Assembly: GCA_964397155.1 (NCBI GenBank) | Contig: CAYNHB010000001.1 | Location: forward strand, 2,093-66,092 | Direction of reading: 5' to 3' | Source: an uncultured Candidatus Saccharibacteria bacterium | GTDB lineage: Bacteria; Patescibacteriota; Minisyncoccia; Minisyncoccales; Staskawiczbacteraceae | DNA length: 64,000 nucleotides | Notes under the pieces: model-generated | The model's database searches: none | The model's input: only the letters and a program-made list of their open reading frames with translations | Told to the model about the DNA's origin: nothing | Program-made: the position numbers and the translations under genes | Shown: one piece after another, positions 45,664 through 55,472 of the stretch | Layout of the letters: each line of letters starts with the position of its first letter | Numbering within the stretch: the stretch's first letter is position 1

Positions 45664-47087
45664 AATGGCTTTTTCTAACAAATAACGCTTTATTTCTATC
45701 GGAGTTTTTTGGAAAACTCGCTAATGAAGCAATGGAACAGGGAGATGATTGCCTTGTGGTTTGGAATAGTAAGGTTGCTGAATATGGCAAAAAGAAATTT
45801 TTTCCTAAAGAAGCAAAGTTTATTTCAAAAATTGATTGGTGTATTGAAAACTATAAACCAGAGCAAAAAGAGTTTGGTAATTTATCGTGGAAAGAATTAT
45901 TTTCTGTTTTTGACAGGTCTAAGTCAACAAAAAACTTTAGCTATGATAATTCGCTAAAAATGGTCTCGCACCTTTACCAGTTTTTTAAATTTGTTTTTCA
46001 AAAAGAAAAACCAGATGTAGTAATTGGTGAATCACCAACTGATTTATTTCACGAAGTAGCTTTTTATTTTTGTAAGATAAATAATATACCTTATGTCGGT
46101 TTGGGTGGATCTAGATTCAACGATAGAATAGAGCTTTTTGATCTGAAATTTACTTACTCAAAAAATGAAGAAAGTTTTAAAGAAATCAAGGACGAAGATA
46201 TATCAGAAAAAGAAAAAGAATTTGCTAAAAACTTTATAGAACAATTTATATCCCACAAATACATACCGTCTTATGTCGGTTTGGGTAAGTTCCGCCTTAG
46301 CCAATTTGGGATTATAAAACATTATCTTGAAAAAATAAAAACAGACAGCTCTTGGTCTTGGCAATATTTAAAGAAAAGAAAATATTTTAAAGATATTGAT
46401 TACGAAAGCGAGGCTAGAATGAGAAGATCGTTTTCTGCTCCTTTAAGAATGGAAAAACGACAATTTAGAATTTTATTTCAAAAAAAGATTTTTTCTAAAA
46501 TTAATAATAACGATATTTTTTTTCTTTATCCCTTGCAATATCAGCCAGAAGCATCTACCTCTGTTGGAGCAACTTATTATTCTGACCAATTAAGCACAAT
46601 TAGCAATATAGCATTTTCATTGCCTCTTCCTTATAAGCTATATGTAAAAGAGCATTTAGCGTCTATTGGATTAAGAAAAAACAATTTTTACAAAAAATTA
46701 CAGCAAATTCCAAATATAGTTTTAATTCCTTATTCTGAAAACGTAGAAAAACTTGTTAGAAAGTCATCTGGTGTTATCACTTTAAACAGCACCATTGGAA
46801 TGGAAGCGGTTCTTTCTGGAAAGGCAACATATGCTCTAGGAAAATCGTCTTATTCTTATCATCCTTTATGCAGAAAAGTTAAAAATTTTGAAGAATTGAA
46901 AAAAAAGATAGAAGACGATTTAGTTGACAAACCGAGGATAGATGATTTGGAAAATATTAATTATCGTTTTATTGTTTCTTGGTTCAGAAATACGATTAAG
47001 GGCAGTATTGTTTCCGCAAGCCAGGGAAAAGATATTAATGATTATAGGTTAATTTATGAAAACCTGAAGAAAGTATTATTAAGATAA
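45660..47087 (+). CDS. KpsS/KpsC/LpsZ-like capsule polysaccharide biosynthesis protein (PF05159-like)
   Basis: YPLQYQPEASTS, LYVKEHLASIG and VITLNSTIGMEAVLSGKATYALG resemble the conserved C-terminal half of KpsS/KpsC-type retaining beta-Kdo transferases. Confidence 0.45.
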   Translation: MKWLFLTNNALFLSEFFGKLANEAMEQGDDCLVVWNSKVAEYGKKKFFPKEAKFISKIDWCIENYKPEQKEFGNLSWKELFSVFDRSKSTKNFSYDNSLKMVSHLYQFFKFVFQKEKPDVVIGESPTDLFHEVAFYFCKINNIPYVGLGGSRFNDRIELFDLKFTYSKNEESFKEIKDEDISEKEKEFAKNFIEQFISHKYIPSYVGLGKFRLSQFGIIKHYLEKIKTDSSWSWQYLKKRKYFKDIDYESEARMRRSFSAPLRMEKRQFRILFQKKIFSKINNNDIFFLYPLQYQPEASTSVGATYYSDQLSTISNIAFSLPLPYKLYVKEHLASIGLRKNNFYKKLQQIPNIVLIPYSENVEKLVRKSSGVITLNSTIGMEAVLSGKATYALGKSSYSYHPLCRKVKNFEELKKKIEDDLVDKPRIDDLENINYRFIVSWFRNTIKGSIVSASQGKDINDYRLIYENLKKVLLR

Positions 47088-47105
47088 AAAAATAAGATTA
47101 AAATT

Positions 47106-48047
47106 ATGCCATTTGAAGATTACCCTAAAATTTGTCCGATTTGTAAACAAGGAAAAGAATTTAAATTTATCAAAGATTTTGAAAAAAAACAGGATAAATT
47201 TTCTTTATATCAATGCTCTGAATGCCAGATTCAATTTTATACACCGCTTAAAGACAAGAATTATGAGCAAAGAGATACTTATAAGATATATGAAATTGTT
47301 ACGCCCCAAATTTTTAGGGGTTACCATAAAAAGTTTCTTGAGAGAAACAAAAATTTTCATGATAAACATAAAATATTAGATTTAGGATGCGGCACGGGTG
47401 AATTTCTGAATGAGCTAAAAAAAAGAGGATGCGAAGTTTGGGGCGTAGACCTTGATCACAATGCTATTTTATTGGCTAAAAAATATTTTAATTTAGAAAA
47501 TGTTTACGCAGGGTCTTTTGAAGATTTTTTCAAGAATAACAGTTTGCTCCAATTTGATATCATTACCATATTTGAAACTATACATCTTTTAGAAGATCCT
47601 TTAGAATTTATCAAAAATATTCAAAAAATATTAAAACCTGATGGAAAGATTGTTTTGAGCGTACCGTCTCGGCAAAGAATGATGGCCGGATTAAGTGCAT
47701 GGGATTTGCCGCCATATTGCATAACAAGGTGGGATAGCAGGTCAATTTCAAATTTATTTTCAAAAATTAATCTTAAAATATCTTATATTTCCTACATTGA
47801 ACAGTTTAAAATTCTTGTTCAGGCAATTAATAGTAAGATAAGATTGGGACTGATTAATAAAACTATAAACATTTCGGAAGGCAAAGAGGGTAAACCGTCG
47901 TCTTTTCCTAAAATTATTTATTTTTTAGGCCGCTGCAAAGAGTTTGTGATTGCTTTTTTACCGGCATCCCTTTTTTGGCTTTGGGGAAAAATAACTAAAA
48001 GAAAGAATGGTATTATTTTTGTGGAATTAGAACATATTCATGGTTAA
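47106..48047 (+). CDS. Class I SAM-dependent methyltransferase with N-terminal zinc ribbon
   Basis: CPICKQG...CSECQ zinc ribbon, then ILDLGCGTGEF motif I. Confidence 0.6.
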   Translation: MPFEDYPKICPICKQGKEFKFIKDFEKKQDKFSLYQCSECQIQFYTPLKDKNYEQRDTYKIYEIVTPQIFRGYHKKFLERNKNFHDKHKILDLGCGTGEFLNELKKRGCEVWGVDLDHNAILLAKKYFNLENVYAGSFEDFFKNNSLLQFDIITIFETIHLLEDPLEFIKNIQKILKPDGKIVLSVPSRQRMMAGLSAWDLPPYCITRWDSRSISNLFSKINLKISYISYIEQFKILVQAINSKIRLGLINKTINISEGKEGKPSSFPKIIYFLGRCKEFVIAFLPASLFWLWGKITKRKNGIIFVELEHIHG

Positions 48048-49209
48048 GAAAAAGATTATTTTTTTAATTCCCACCTTGAGTATGGGTGGTGGCGAGAGGG
48101 TAGTCTCTGAGCTGTCTTTAGGTTTGCCAGATTCGATTGAAAAAATTATTATTTTATTTAAAGATGAAGTTTTTTATAAATATAAAGGAAAATTAATTTC
48201 TCTGAATCTTCCACTTTCCAATGGTTTTTTTCTTAAAATATATTATTTTTTAAAAGGACTTCTCCGCCTTAGAAAAATAGTTAAGGAAAAAAAACCTGAT
48301 TATATAATTGCTCTTGGATTTTCAGCGGATTTAATGGCTATTTTTGCCAGCAATAATGTACTAGTAGGGGCACACAGTTTTTGGACAAAAGCTCATGGGG
48401 GGATAATAGAAAAAAATTTAATTAGAATGTTTTTTAATAAGTCAAAAAAATTTATTTGCGTTTCTAAAGAAGTGGGTGAAGATTTAATAAATAATTTTGG
48501 GATTAAAAGAGAAAAAATTAAAGTTATTCCTAACCCAATAAATATAAATGAAATCCAAAAATTGGCGAATTTTCCCATTAAGGCGGAACATGAGGAAATT
48601 TTTGAAAATCCGGTAATAATTACCATGGGAAGACTTTCTGAAGAAAAAAATCATTATTCTTTAATAAGAGCATTTAAGGAAGTAAAAAATAAGATTAAAA
48701 CAGCAAAACTAGTGATTTTGGGAGACGGGGAAAAGAGAGCATTTTTAGAAGCAACGGTCAAAGAATTTGATCTCAAAAATAATGTGTATTTTTTAGGTCG
48801 CCAAGACAATCCATTTAAATTTTTAATCAAAGCAAAAGTATTTGTTTTATCTTCTCAGCGAGAAGGACTGCCCTGTTCTATTTTAGAGGCAATGGCATGT
48901 GGCCTTCCAATTATATCAGCAGATTGTAAATTGGGGCCAAGAGAAATTTTAGCTCCACAAACTGATGCAAAAAATCAGACTAAAGATATTGAATATGCAG
49001 AGTTTGGAATTTTAACTCCTATTTTTGACAAAAAAGCTGACAAGCCAGCCGATCCCCTGACAAAAAGCGAAAAAAAATTAGCAGAAGCTATGATTAAAAT
49101 ATTAACCGATAAAGAATTGTCAGATACTTTAATTGAAAGATCTAAACAAAGAGTAGTAGATTTTGATACCCCAAAGATTATTAAAAAATGGGATTTTTTA
49201 TTTTATTGA
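48040..49209 (+). CDS. Family 4 (GT-B, group 1) glycosyltransferase
   Basis: ITMGRLSEEKNH ... EGLPCSILEAMACGLPIIS C-terminal GT4 signature. Confidence 0.8.
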   Translation: MVKKKIIFLIPTLSMGGGERVVSELSLGLPDSIEKIIILFKDEVFYKYKGKLISLNLPLSNGFFLKIYYFLKGLLRLRKIVKEKKPDYIIALGFSADLMAIFASNNVLVGAHSFWTKAHGGIIEKNLIRMFFNKSKKFICVSKEVGEDLINNFGIKREKIKVIPNPININEIQKLANFPIKAEHEEIFENPVIITMGRLSEEKNHYSLIRAFKEVKNKIKTAKLVILGDGEKRAFLEATVKEFDLKNNVYFLGRQDNPFKFLIKAKVFVLSSQREGLPCSILEAMACGLPIISADCKLGPREILAPQTDAKNQTKDIEYAEFGILTPIFDKKADKPADPLTKSEKKLAEAMIKILTDKELSDTLIERSKQRVVDFDTPKIIKKWDFLFY

Positions 49210-49210
49210 A

Positions 49211-50254
49211 ATGAAAAAACAATTTAAAATTTTAATAATTCATCCTGGCGGGATTGGGGACTTAATAATGTTTACGCCAGCCCTGCGGGTTTTAAGAGAT
49301 AGTTTTCTTGATTCTAAGATAGATATTTTCGCCGGTTATACGCTAGCTGCAGCCGAAGTTTTACCGAACTGGAAAGGTGTTGAAGTTTATGATTTTGACT
49401 TTCCAAAAAGCAATTTTTTTGGTAGACTTAGATTTATCTATAGATTAAGGAAAGAAAGGTATGATTTAGCCATTGTTGCCAGCGGAGTTGATGCGTTAAA
49501 GGGAAGTTTATTTGCTTTTTTGATTGGAGCGAAAAAAAGGGTCGGGGATTATAGAAAATATAAATGGTTTTATACCCATTCGGTCAAATTAAATGGAAAC
49601 CAGCACAAGACATTAGCTAATTTGGATTTGTTAAAATCTTTGGGTCTAAATGTAAATTTTAAGGACGCGTTATTCTTTGAGATAAGAAATGAAGACAGGC
49701 AGTTTGCTGAAAAATTTATTTTTAAAAATGATTTAAAGAAAAAAGTATTAGTGGGTTTTGCTCCCTGCGTTGGCTTAAAACAGCAATTTAAGCGATGGCC
49801 CAAAGACAATTTTGTTGAATTAGGCAGAAAGATTTTAGATAGCTACACTGATTCCTTTATACTTATTTTTGGTTCTTTTAGCGAGAAAGAGTTTTGTTCA
49901 AAAATAAAGAGTGATTTAGGAAAAAACACCATGGAAATAACTGACTTCTCGTTAAAGCAGGTAGCTGCCCTAATAGACAAATGCAAGGTTTTTGTTGCTT
50001 CTGACTGCGGATTAGGCCATATTGCCACAACCACTAACACGAATTTAATTTCTATATTTGGGCCTACTATTTCAGAAAGAACCGGACCATATATCCATGT
50101 GGCTAAAGTGCAAATAATCAGTGAAAAATGCAATTATCAATACCACGATATTTATAGGGCTAAAAATTATGATGCAACCAGGCAACACCAGTGTTTAATA
50201 AAGATAACTCCAGACAAAGTTTTTAGCAAGGTTAAAGAAATTTTAGTAAAATGA
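49211..50254 (+). CDS. Family 9 glycosyltransferase (heptosyltransferase-like)
   Basis: ILIIHPGGIGDLIMFTPALRVL N-terminal GT9 motif. Start taken at MKKQFK. Confidence 0.7.
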   Translation: MKKQFKILIIHPGGIGDLIMFTPALRVLRDSFLDSKIDIFAGYTLAAAEVLPNWKGVEVYDFDFPKSNFFGRLRFIYRLRKERYDLAIVASGVDALKGSLFAFLIGAKKRVGDYRKYKWFYTHSVKLNGNQHKTLANLDLLKSLGLNVNFKDALFFEIRNEDRQFAEKFIFKNDLKKKVLVGFAPCVGLKQQFKRWPKDNFVELGRKILDSYTDSFILIFGSFSEKEFCSKIKSDLGKNTMEITDFSLKQVAALIDKCKVFVASDCGLGHIATTTNTNLISIFGPTISERTGPYIHVAKVQIISEKCNYQYHDIYRAKNYDATRQHQCLIKITPDKVFSKVKEILVK

Positions 50255-50263
50255 ATAAAAGAT

Positions 50264-50638
50264 ATGATGGATAAAAAAACACCAAAACCATATAAGCCAG
50301 AAAGGCATTTTAAGGGATGGGGGTTTGAAGACTGGACAGCCAACAATAAAGAATATTGCGGTAAATTATTATTTTTTCAAAAAGGAAAAAAATGCAGTTT
50401 TCACTATCACGAGAAAAAACATGAAACATTTTATCTTTTTTCAGGAAAGATGGAAATCAGAATATCTTGGCAGGACGATCTTTCTTCTGCTGTATCTTTT
50501 ATTTTTTTGCCTGGTGATTGCCTTGAAATACCAAGGGGGTTGAGGCACCAAATGACTGCGCTGGAAGATTCAAATCTTTTTGAATTTTCAACTACTCATT
50601 TCGAAGAGGATTCAAAAAGAATTATAAGAGGAGATTAA
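50264..50638 (+). CDS. Small cupin-fold protein
   Basis: 124 aa with the two cupin His/Glu motifs (FHYHEKKHETFYLFSG, LRHQM). Confidence 0.5.
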   Translation: MMDKKTPKPYKPERHFKGWGFEDWTANNKEYCGKLLFFQKGKKCSFHYHEKKHETFYLFSGKMEIRISWQDDLSSAVSFIFLPGDCLEIPRGLRHQMTALEDSNLFEFSTTHFEEDSKRIIRGD

Positions 50639-50641
50639 AAT

Positions 50642-51586
50642 ATGAAAAAACTAGTAGAATTAGTAAACAATTTTAAAGGGAAAAAAATAGGAGTGATTGG
50701 CGATTTAATGCTGGACCATTTTATATGGGGAGATGTTGAGCGCATTTCGCCCGAAGCTCCAATTCCGGTTGTTTTGGCGCACAAGGAAAGTTTTATACCC
50801 GGCGGTGCTGGGAACACTGCCAGCAATATTGCTGCCTTGGGCGGAAAAGTTTTTTTAGTGGGGCTGGCAGGCAAAGATGAAGCTGGCAAAAAACTGATTT
50901 CTGAATTTCAAAAAATAGACGTCGATACCAGCGGAGTTTTAATTTCAAGCCAGAAGCCGACCATCCAAAAAATAAGAATTGTAGCTCGGGGTCAGCAGGT
51001 TGTCAGGGTGGATAAAGAGAATACTGAATACATAAGCAAAGACATTGAAAAAAAATTAATTTCATTTATTTTGCCAAACATAAAAGAGTGGGACGGCATT
51101 GTGGTTTCAGATTATGCCAAGGGAGTGATTACTAAGAATTTTGCCCAAACTTTGGTTAAATTAGCTGTAAAGCATAAAAAGCCGATAATTTGTGACGTAA
51201 AGCCAAAACATGCGCCATATTTTAAAAATGCCACTCTTTTGAGCCCCAACCATAAAGAATGTTTAGAAATTGCTGGAGTAGAAGACGAAAGGCAAGCAGG
51301 CAAGATAATCCAAAAACAATTTAACTGCAGTGTTTTGCTCACCCAGGGAGCGCGAGGAGTTACTTTGTTTGGAAATAAAGAAATAAAACATTTTCCCGCT
51401 ATGGCAAAAGAGGTTTTTGATGTTAGCGGAGCCGGAGACACAACGGTGGCTGTTGCCACTTTGGCTTTAGCTTCAGGGGCTAACCTTGAGCAGGCCTCAA
51501 TTATAGCTAACCACGCGGCTGGCATTGTCGTGGGTAAGCTAGGAACTGCAGTAGTTTTTCCACAAGAATTAAAACAAAACTTATAA
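50642..51586 (+). CDS. hldE: D-glycero-beta-D-manno-heptose-7-phosphate kinase (HldE domain I, PfkB fold)
   Basis: GVIGDLMLDHFIWGDVERISPEAPIPVV, PGGAGN, and C-terminal DVSGAGDTTVAVA and AGIVVGKLGTAVV match HldE domain I end to end. Confidence 0.85.
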   Translation: MKKLVELVNNFKGKKIGVIGDLMLDHFIWGDVERISPEAPIPVVLAHKESFIPGGAGNTASNIAALGGKVFLVGLAGKDEAGKKLISEFQKIDVDTSGVLISSQKPTIQKIRIVARGQQVVRVDKENTEYISKDIEKKLISFILPNIKEWDGIVVSDYAKGVITKNFAQTLVKLAVKHKKPIICDVKPKHAPYFKNATLLSPNHKECLEIAGVEDERQAGKIIQKQFNCSVLLTQGARGVTLFGNKEIKHFPAMAKEVFDVSGAGDTTVAVATLALASGANLEQASIIANHAAGIVVGKLGTAVVFPQELKQNL

Positions 51587-51590
51587 AATT

Positions 51591-51622
51591 AAAAAAACCC
51601 ATCAGCTTTCGCGATGGGTTTG
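51591..51622. terminator. Bidirectional rho-independent terminator
   Basis: aaaaaaa-cccatc-agctttcgc-gatggg-ttt between the convergent hldE kinase (+) and the GC-rich Nudix gene (-). Confidence 0.7.
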
Positions 51623-51645
51623 GCAAATCATGCACACTTGGACTT

Positions 51646-52383
51646 TTAGGCCAAACTGGCCCATCCGCCACACAGCTCCAGTCCGAGTTGGCAGAGCGAA
51701 GCGAGCGCAAGCCACTCTAAAAGGATGCCTTTTTTGCCTTGTTCTATCAGGAAGTTTTCCGCTTCCAGTAGAGGCACAAGGGCGCATTTTTCCGGAATTA
51801 CGCCCTCTTTTCTAGGTGGTGCCGGTTTTTTTGTTACAAGAGTTGTACAGGTGGAGTAAAACTCCACATTGCCTCCTGCATCATTGGCTGCATAGACGCT
51901 AGTCAGCAAAGGCGCCGTCATCGCAATATCTGTGGCACTGCAACCATATTCTTCTGTAGCTTCTCGAAGACCATTGGCAATGGCCTGTTCATCAACCGCA
52001 TCAGCCACGCCTCCGGGAATCTCTAGTTGGTAATTTTCAGTTAATCCTTCAAGCTCCGGCGATTTCGGATACGTGCAGGGCTTGTCTGATGCCAAGAAAA
52101 ATACCCAGAGATTCTGCAGTCCGATTCTACGGAGATTCTGCAGGAAGCTAGGGAGGTCGCTACTATTTTTTGCCTGCGATTCATCCCATAACTCTTCTTC
52201 AACATACAGAACCATACACTTGGCCGACCTAAAGTGACCATTCTTTCGGGCTACAACTTCTCGATAACCGCTTGGGGTGCGAAACCCATGAAGGTGCAAC
52301 CACTTGCCTTTGCCGATCAGGTTCTTATGGTCGAAAACTATGGTTTTTCTCATGGTTTCTCTCCAAGATTTAGTCAAATTCAA
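51646..52383 (-). CDS. Nudix hydrolase (ADP-sugar pyrophosphatase-like) in a GC-rich (~50%) segment
   Basis: LEIPGGVADAVDEQAIANGLREATEEYG fits the Nudix box (GG...E...REUxEExG with one extra residue). The minus-strand gene is compositionally distinct. Confidence 0.6.
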   Translation of the reverse strand: MNLTKSWRETMRKTIVFDHKNLIGKGKWLHLHGFRTPSGYREVVARKNGHFRSAKCMVLYVEEELWDESQAKNSSDLPSFLQNLRRIGLQNLWVFFLASDKPCTYPKSPELEGLTENYQLEIPGGVADAVDEQAIANGLREATEEYGCSATDIAMTAPLLTSVYAANDAGGNVEFYSTCTTLVTKKPAPPRKEGVIPEKCALVPLLEAENFLIEQGKKGILLEWLALASLCQLGLELCGGWASLA

Positions 52384-52448
52384 AGGACAGTATCTTTAAT
52401 ATTAAACTATTATTATAACTTTGTCAATATTTAAAAGTCAAAAGATTT

Positions 52449-53480
52449 ATGTTATATTCTGTAATACGCAACAAAAAAGTGAACTCCAAGATTAAACGCC
52501 GAGAACAAATTGTTGGACTTGCAAAAAACCTTAAAAAACAAGGGAAAAAAGTCGTTACCTATAACGGCAGTTTTGATATCTTGCATTTGGGGCACATTAA
52601 ATCTTTAGAAGAGGCAAAACAACAAGGAGATATTTTAATCGTTCTTTTGAACAGCGATAATTCTGTTCGTAATTATAAAGGACCAAATCATCCAATTAAT
52701 TCAGAAGGGCATAGGGCAGAGGTTTTATCTGCTATAGGCCACGTTGATTATGTCGTTAATTTTGATGAAATTAATCCTAAGGAAATTTTGAAAAAAATTA
52801 AGCCAGACATTCACTGTAACGGTTCAGATTGGGGAAAAAATTGCGTTGAAAGAGGCGTTGTTGAAGAAAACGGAGGTAGAATCCATCTTTTAAAATGGCA
52901 ACAAGGTTTTTCAACCAGCGGATTAATACAAAAAACCATAAATACCAATTCCAAGCCAGAAATAAAAGCAGTATTTTTAGACCGCGATGGAACCATAAAT
53001 GTAAACAATCCCGAATATGTCCACAAAATTAATGATTTTAAATTTGTTCCCGGCGCGATTTCAGCTTTGAAAAAATTATCAAAAACTAATTACAAGATTA
53101 TTATTGCAACTAATCAGTCGGGAATTAGCAGAGGATACTTTAGAGAAGATAACTTGAGGCAGCTACATAAATGGATGATTTCAGAATTGAATAAAAGGGG
53201 CGTGAGAATAGATAAAATTTATTATTGTCCTCATGGGCCTAATGATAATTGTTCATGCCGAAAGCCAAAACCAGGCATGTTTTTTCAGGCAGCAAAAGAT
53301 TTTAGTATTAATTTGAGTAAGAGTTGGCTTATCGGCGATGAGCAGAGAGATGTGATCGTTGGCAGAGAGGCAAACATAAAAACCATAAAAATTGGCACTA
53401 GTATGCCTAAAAAGCTAAAGATTGAACCTAACTATTACGCCAAAAATATTTTAGAGGCGGTTGACGTTATTCTTGCATAA
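52449..53480 (+). CDS. Fusion of D-glycero-beta-D-manno-heptose-1-phosphate adenylyltransferase (HldE domain II) with D,D-heptose-1,7-bisphosphate phosphatase (GmhB)
   Basis: The N-terminal 160 aa carry VVTYNGSFDILHLGHIKSLEEAK (HxGH). The C-terminal 180 aa carry AVFLDRDGTIN, NQSGISRGYF, YYCPHGPNDNCSCRKPKPGM and GDEQRD, the GmhB HAD motifs including the Zn-binding Cys loop. Confidence 0.85.
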   Translation: MLYSVIRNKKVNSKIKRREQIVGLAKNLKKQGKKVVTYNGSFDILHLGHIKSLEEAKQQGDILIVLLNSDNSVRNYKGPNHPINSEGHRAEVLSAIGHVDYVVNFDEINPKEILKKIKPDIHCNGSDWGKNCVERGVVEENGGRIHLLKWQQGFSTSGLIQKTINTNSKPEIKAVFLDRDGTINVNNPEYVHKINDFKFVPGAISALKKLSKTNYKIIIATNQSGISRGYFREDNLRQLHKWMISELNKRGVRIDKIYYCPHGPNDNCSCRKPKPGMFFQAAKDFSINLSKSWLIGDEQRDVIVGREANIKTIKIGTSMPKKLKIEPNYYAKNILEAVDVILA

Positions 53481-53648
53481 TTTTAGGAGAACCACATTAA
53501 AGATTTTTTAAAAGAATTAAAAAATAAAATAGATAAAGTTTCTCATGATGAAATAATCAAAGTGGTTAAGTGTCTTCAATCAGTTTATGAAAACAAAGAT
53601 AGGATTTATAATTGTTTTGTATTTTGAAAAAAATTTAAAATAAGAAAA

Positions 53649-54548
53649 ATGAATAGCAAAAAAATATTAATTACAGGCGGAGCTGGATTTATCGGTTCTA
53701 ATTTAGCTTTGGCGCTTCAGGAAAAATATCCAGAAAACGAATACTTTGTCATCGATAATTTTTCTTCCGGCAATCCCGAAAATCTTATTGGTTTTAAAGG
53801 TAAAATTATTTCTGCCAACATTGCGCAAATAGATTTGAAAAGACATTTTGACAAACTGGATATTATTTTTCATCAGGCAGCCATTACAGACACCACGGTT
53901 TTTGACGAGAAAAAAATGATGTCTAGCAACGTTGATGGTTTTAAAAATGTATTGAATTTCGCCATCGATTGTAAAGCCAAGCTGATTTATGCCTCTTCTG
54001 CAGCAGTCTACGGCCATTCAGAGCCCCCAATGATAGTTGGCAAAAACGAGGTTCCAGCTAATGTATACGGTCTTTCTAAGTTGGTAGCCGACAATATTGC
54101 CCGCGAGAATTTTAATAATCTTCATTTGGTTGGGCTGCGCTATTTTAATGTTTATGGACCGGGAGAAAAGTATAAAGGCAAAATGGCAAGCATGGTTTGG
54201 CAGTTGTATTTGCAGATGAAACAGGGCAGGAGGCCCAGGATTTTCAAATACGGAGAGCAGAAAAGAGATCAGGTTTATATTAAAGATATTGTTAAAGCAA
54301 ATTTACTCGCCTTAGATTGCGAAGAGAGTGGAATTTTTAATGTTGGAATTGGAAAAGCAACTACATTTAATGATATAATCAAAAATATTAATGGCGTCCT
54401 TGGTACAAATTTTGAACCAGAATACATTGATAATCCACATGAACATTATCAAGAACATACTGAAGCCGACTTAACAGAAACAAAGAGCGCTTTGGGATAT
54501 TCAGCAGAATATGATATAAAAAAAGGAATTGAAGATTATTTTAAATAA
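53649..54548 (+). CDS. hldD: ADP-L-glycero-D-manno-heptose 6-epimerase
   Basis: ILITGGAGFIGSNL, YASSAAVYG and especially YFNVYGPGEKYKGKMASMVWQ match HldD/RfaD. Confidence 0.8.
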   Translation: MNSKKILITGGAGFIGSNLALALQEKYPENEYFVIDNFSSGNPENLIGFKGKIISANIAQIDLKRHFDKLDIIFHQAAITDTTVFDEKKMMSSNVDGFKNVLNFAIDCKAKLIYASSAAVYGHSEPPMIVGKNEVPANVYGLSKLVADNIARENFNNLHLVGLRYFNVYGPGEKYKGKMASMVWQLYLQMKQGRRPRIFKYGEQKRDQVYIKDIVKANLLALDCEESGIFNVGIGKATTFNDIIKNINGVLGTNFEPEYIDNPHEHYQEHTEADLTETKSALGYSAEYDIKKGIEDYFK

Positions 54549-54567
54549 TAAACAATAATTTACGAAT

Positions 54568-55446
54568 ATGTTTAAAAACTATCGCCCGATTATCAAAAGA
54601 TTTTTTCATATATTGGTTAATAATCCCATTTTTTTCTTTAAAAGAATTCTTCTTGAGTTAAAATATTTTATCTTACCGATGCCAAAATCGGCAGTTGTCA
54701 AAAAAATAAATGGGGTATCGTTTAATTTTGATTTTAATTATAGTCCTAAAGTCAAGCAGATGTATGTTGGCAATTATCAGTCGATAATTTCCGAAAACCT
54801 AAGGAAATATTTAAAAAAGGGGGATACGTTTATTGATGTTGGGGCGAGTATAGGTTATTTTTGCGCAATTGCCGCCGGGTATGTTGGAAAAAACGGGCAG
54901 GTTCATAGTTTTGAGCCAATACCAGAATATTCTAAGAAGATAGATGAGCTTTCTAAAATGAATAGTGAATATAAGATTGTAGAAAATCAGTGCGCTTTAG
55001 GAGAAAAAGAAGGGTTGAGTAAAATTTATGTAGATGGTCCTTCCGATATCGGGAACAATACTTTTTTTCCTGATTTGTTTGGCGCTGACACAAAAAAAGG
55101 TAAAGTCATCGAGGTTCCCGTGCGCCGGCTTGATGTATACATTAAAGAAAATGGGCTAAACAATATAGGGCTAATTAAAATTGATGTAGAAGGGTTCGAA
55201 TTTCCTGTTTTAAAAGGATTAAGCGGTTATTTCACAGAGTGTTCTAACGCTGGATTTTATCCTCCGATTATATGTGAAATTGTTCCTTCAGCTTACGCTT
55301 ATTCCGGGTGCAAGCTGCAAGATCTTTTAGATTATATGGAAAAGTTTTCGTATCATCCTTTTGAAATTTTTAATGCTAAAAAGAAGATTAGCATAAACGA
55401 AATAGAAAAAAAAGCAGTAATAGATGTACTTTTTTTAAACAAATAA
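54568..55446 (+). CDS. FkbM-family methyltransferase
   Basis: FIDVGASIGYF motif I and the ~290-aa Methyltransf_21-like layout. Confidence 0.6.
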   Translation: MFKNYRPIIKRFFHILVNNPIFFFKRILLELKYFILPMPKSAVVKKINGVSFNFDFNYSPKVKQMYVGNYQSIISENLRKYLKKGDTFIDVGASIGYFCAIAAGYVGKNGQVHSFEPIPEYSKKIDELSKMNSEYKIVENQCALGEKEGLSKIYVDGPSDIGNNTFFPDLFGADTKKGKVIEVPVRRLDVYIKENGLNNIGLIKIDVEGFEFPVLKGLSGYFTECSNAGFYPPIICEIVPSAYAYSGCKLQDLLDYMEKFSYHPFEIFNAKKKISINEIEKKAVIDVLFLNK

Positions 55447-55472
55447 AAATTAAAAATAATATAATTTTAAAA

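Noticed and set aside
51602-51815. Small ORFs 51602..51787 (-) and 51630..51815 (+)
   Set aside because: They overlap the terminator and the 3' end of the GC-rich Nudix gene, and have no independent support.
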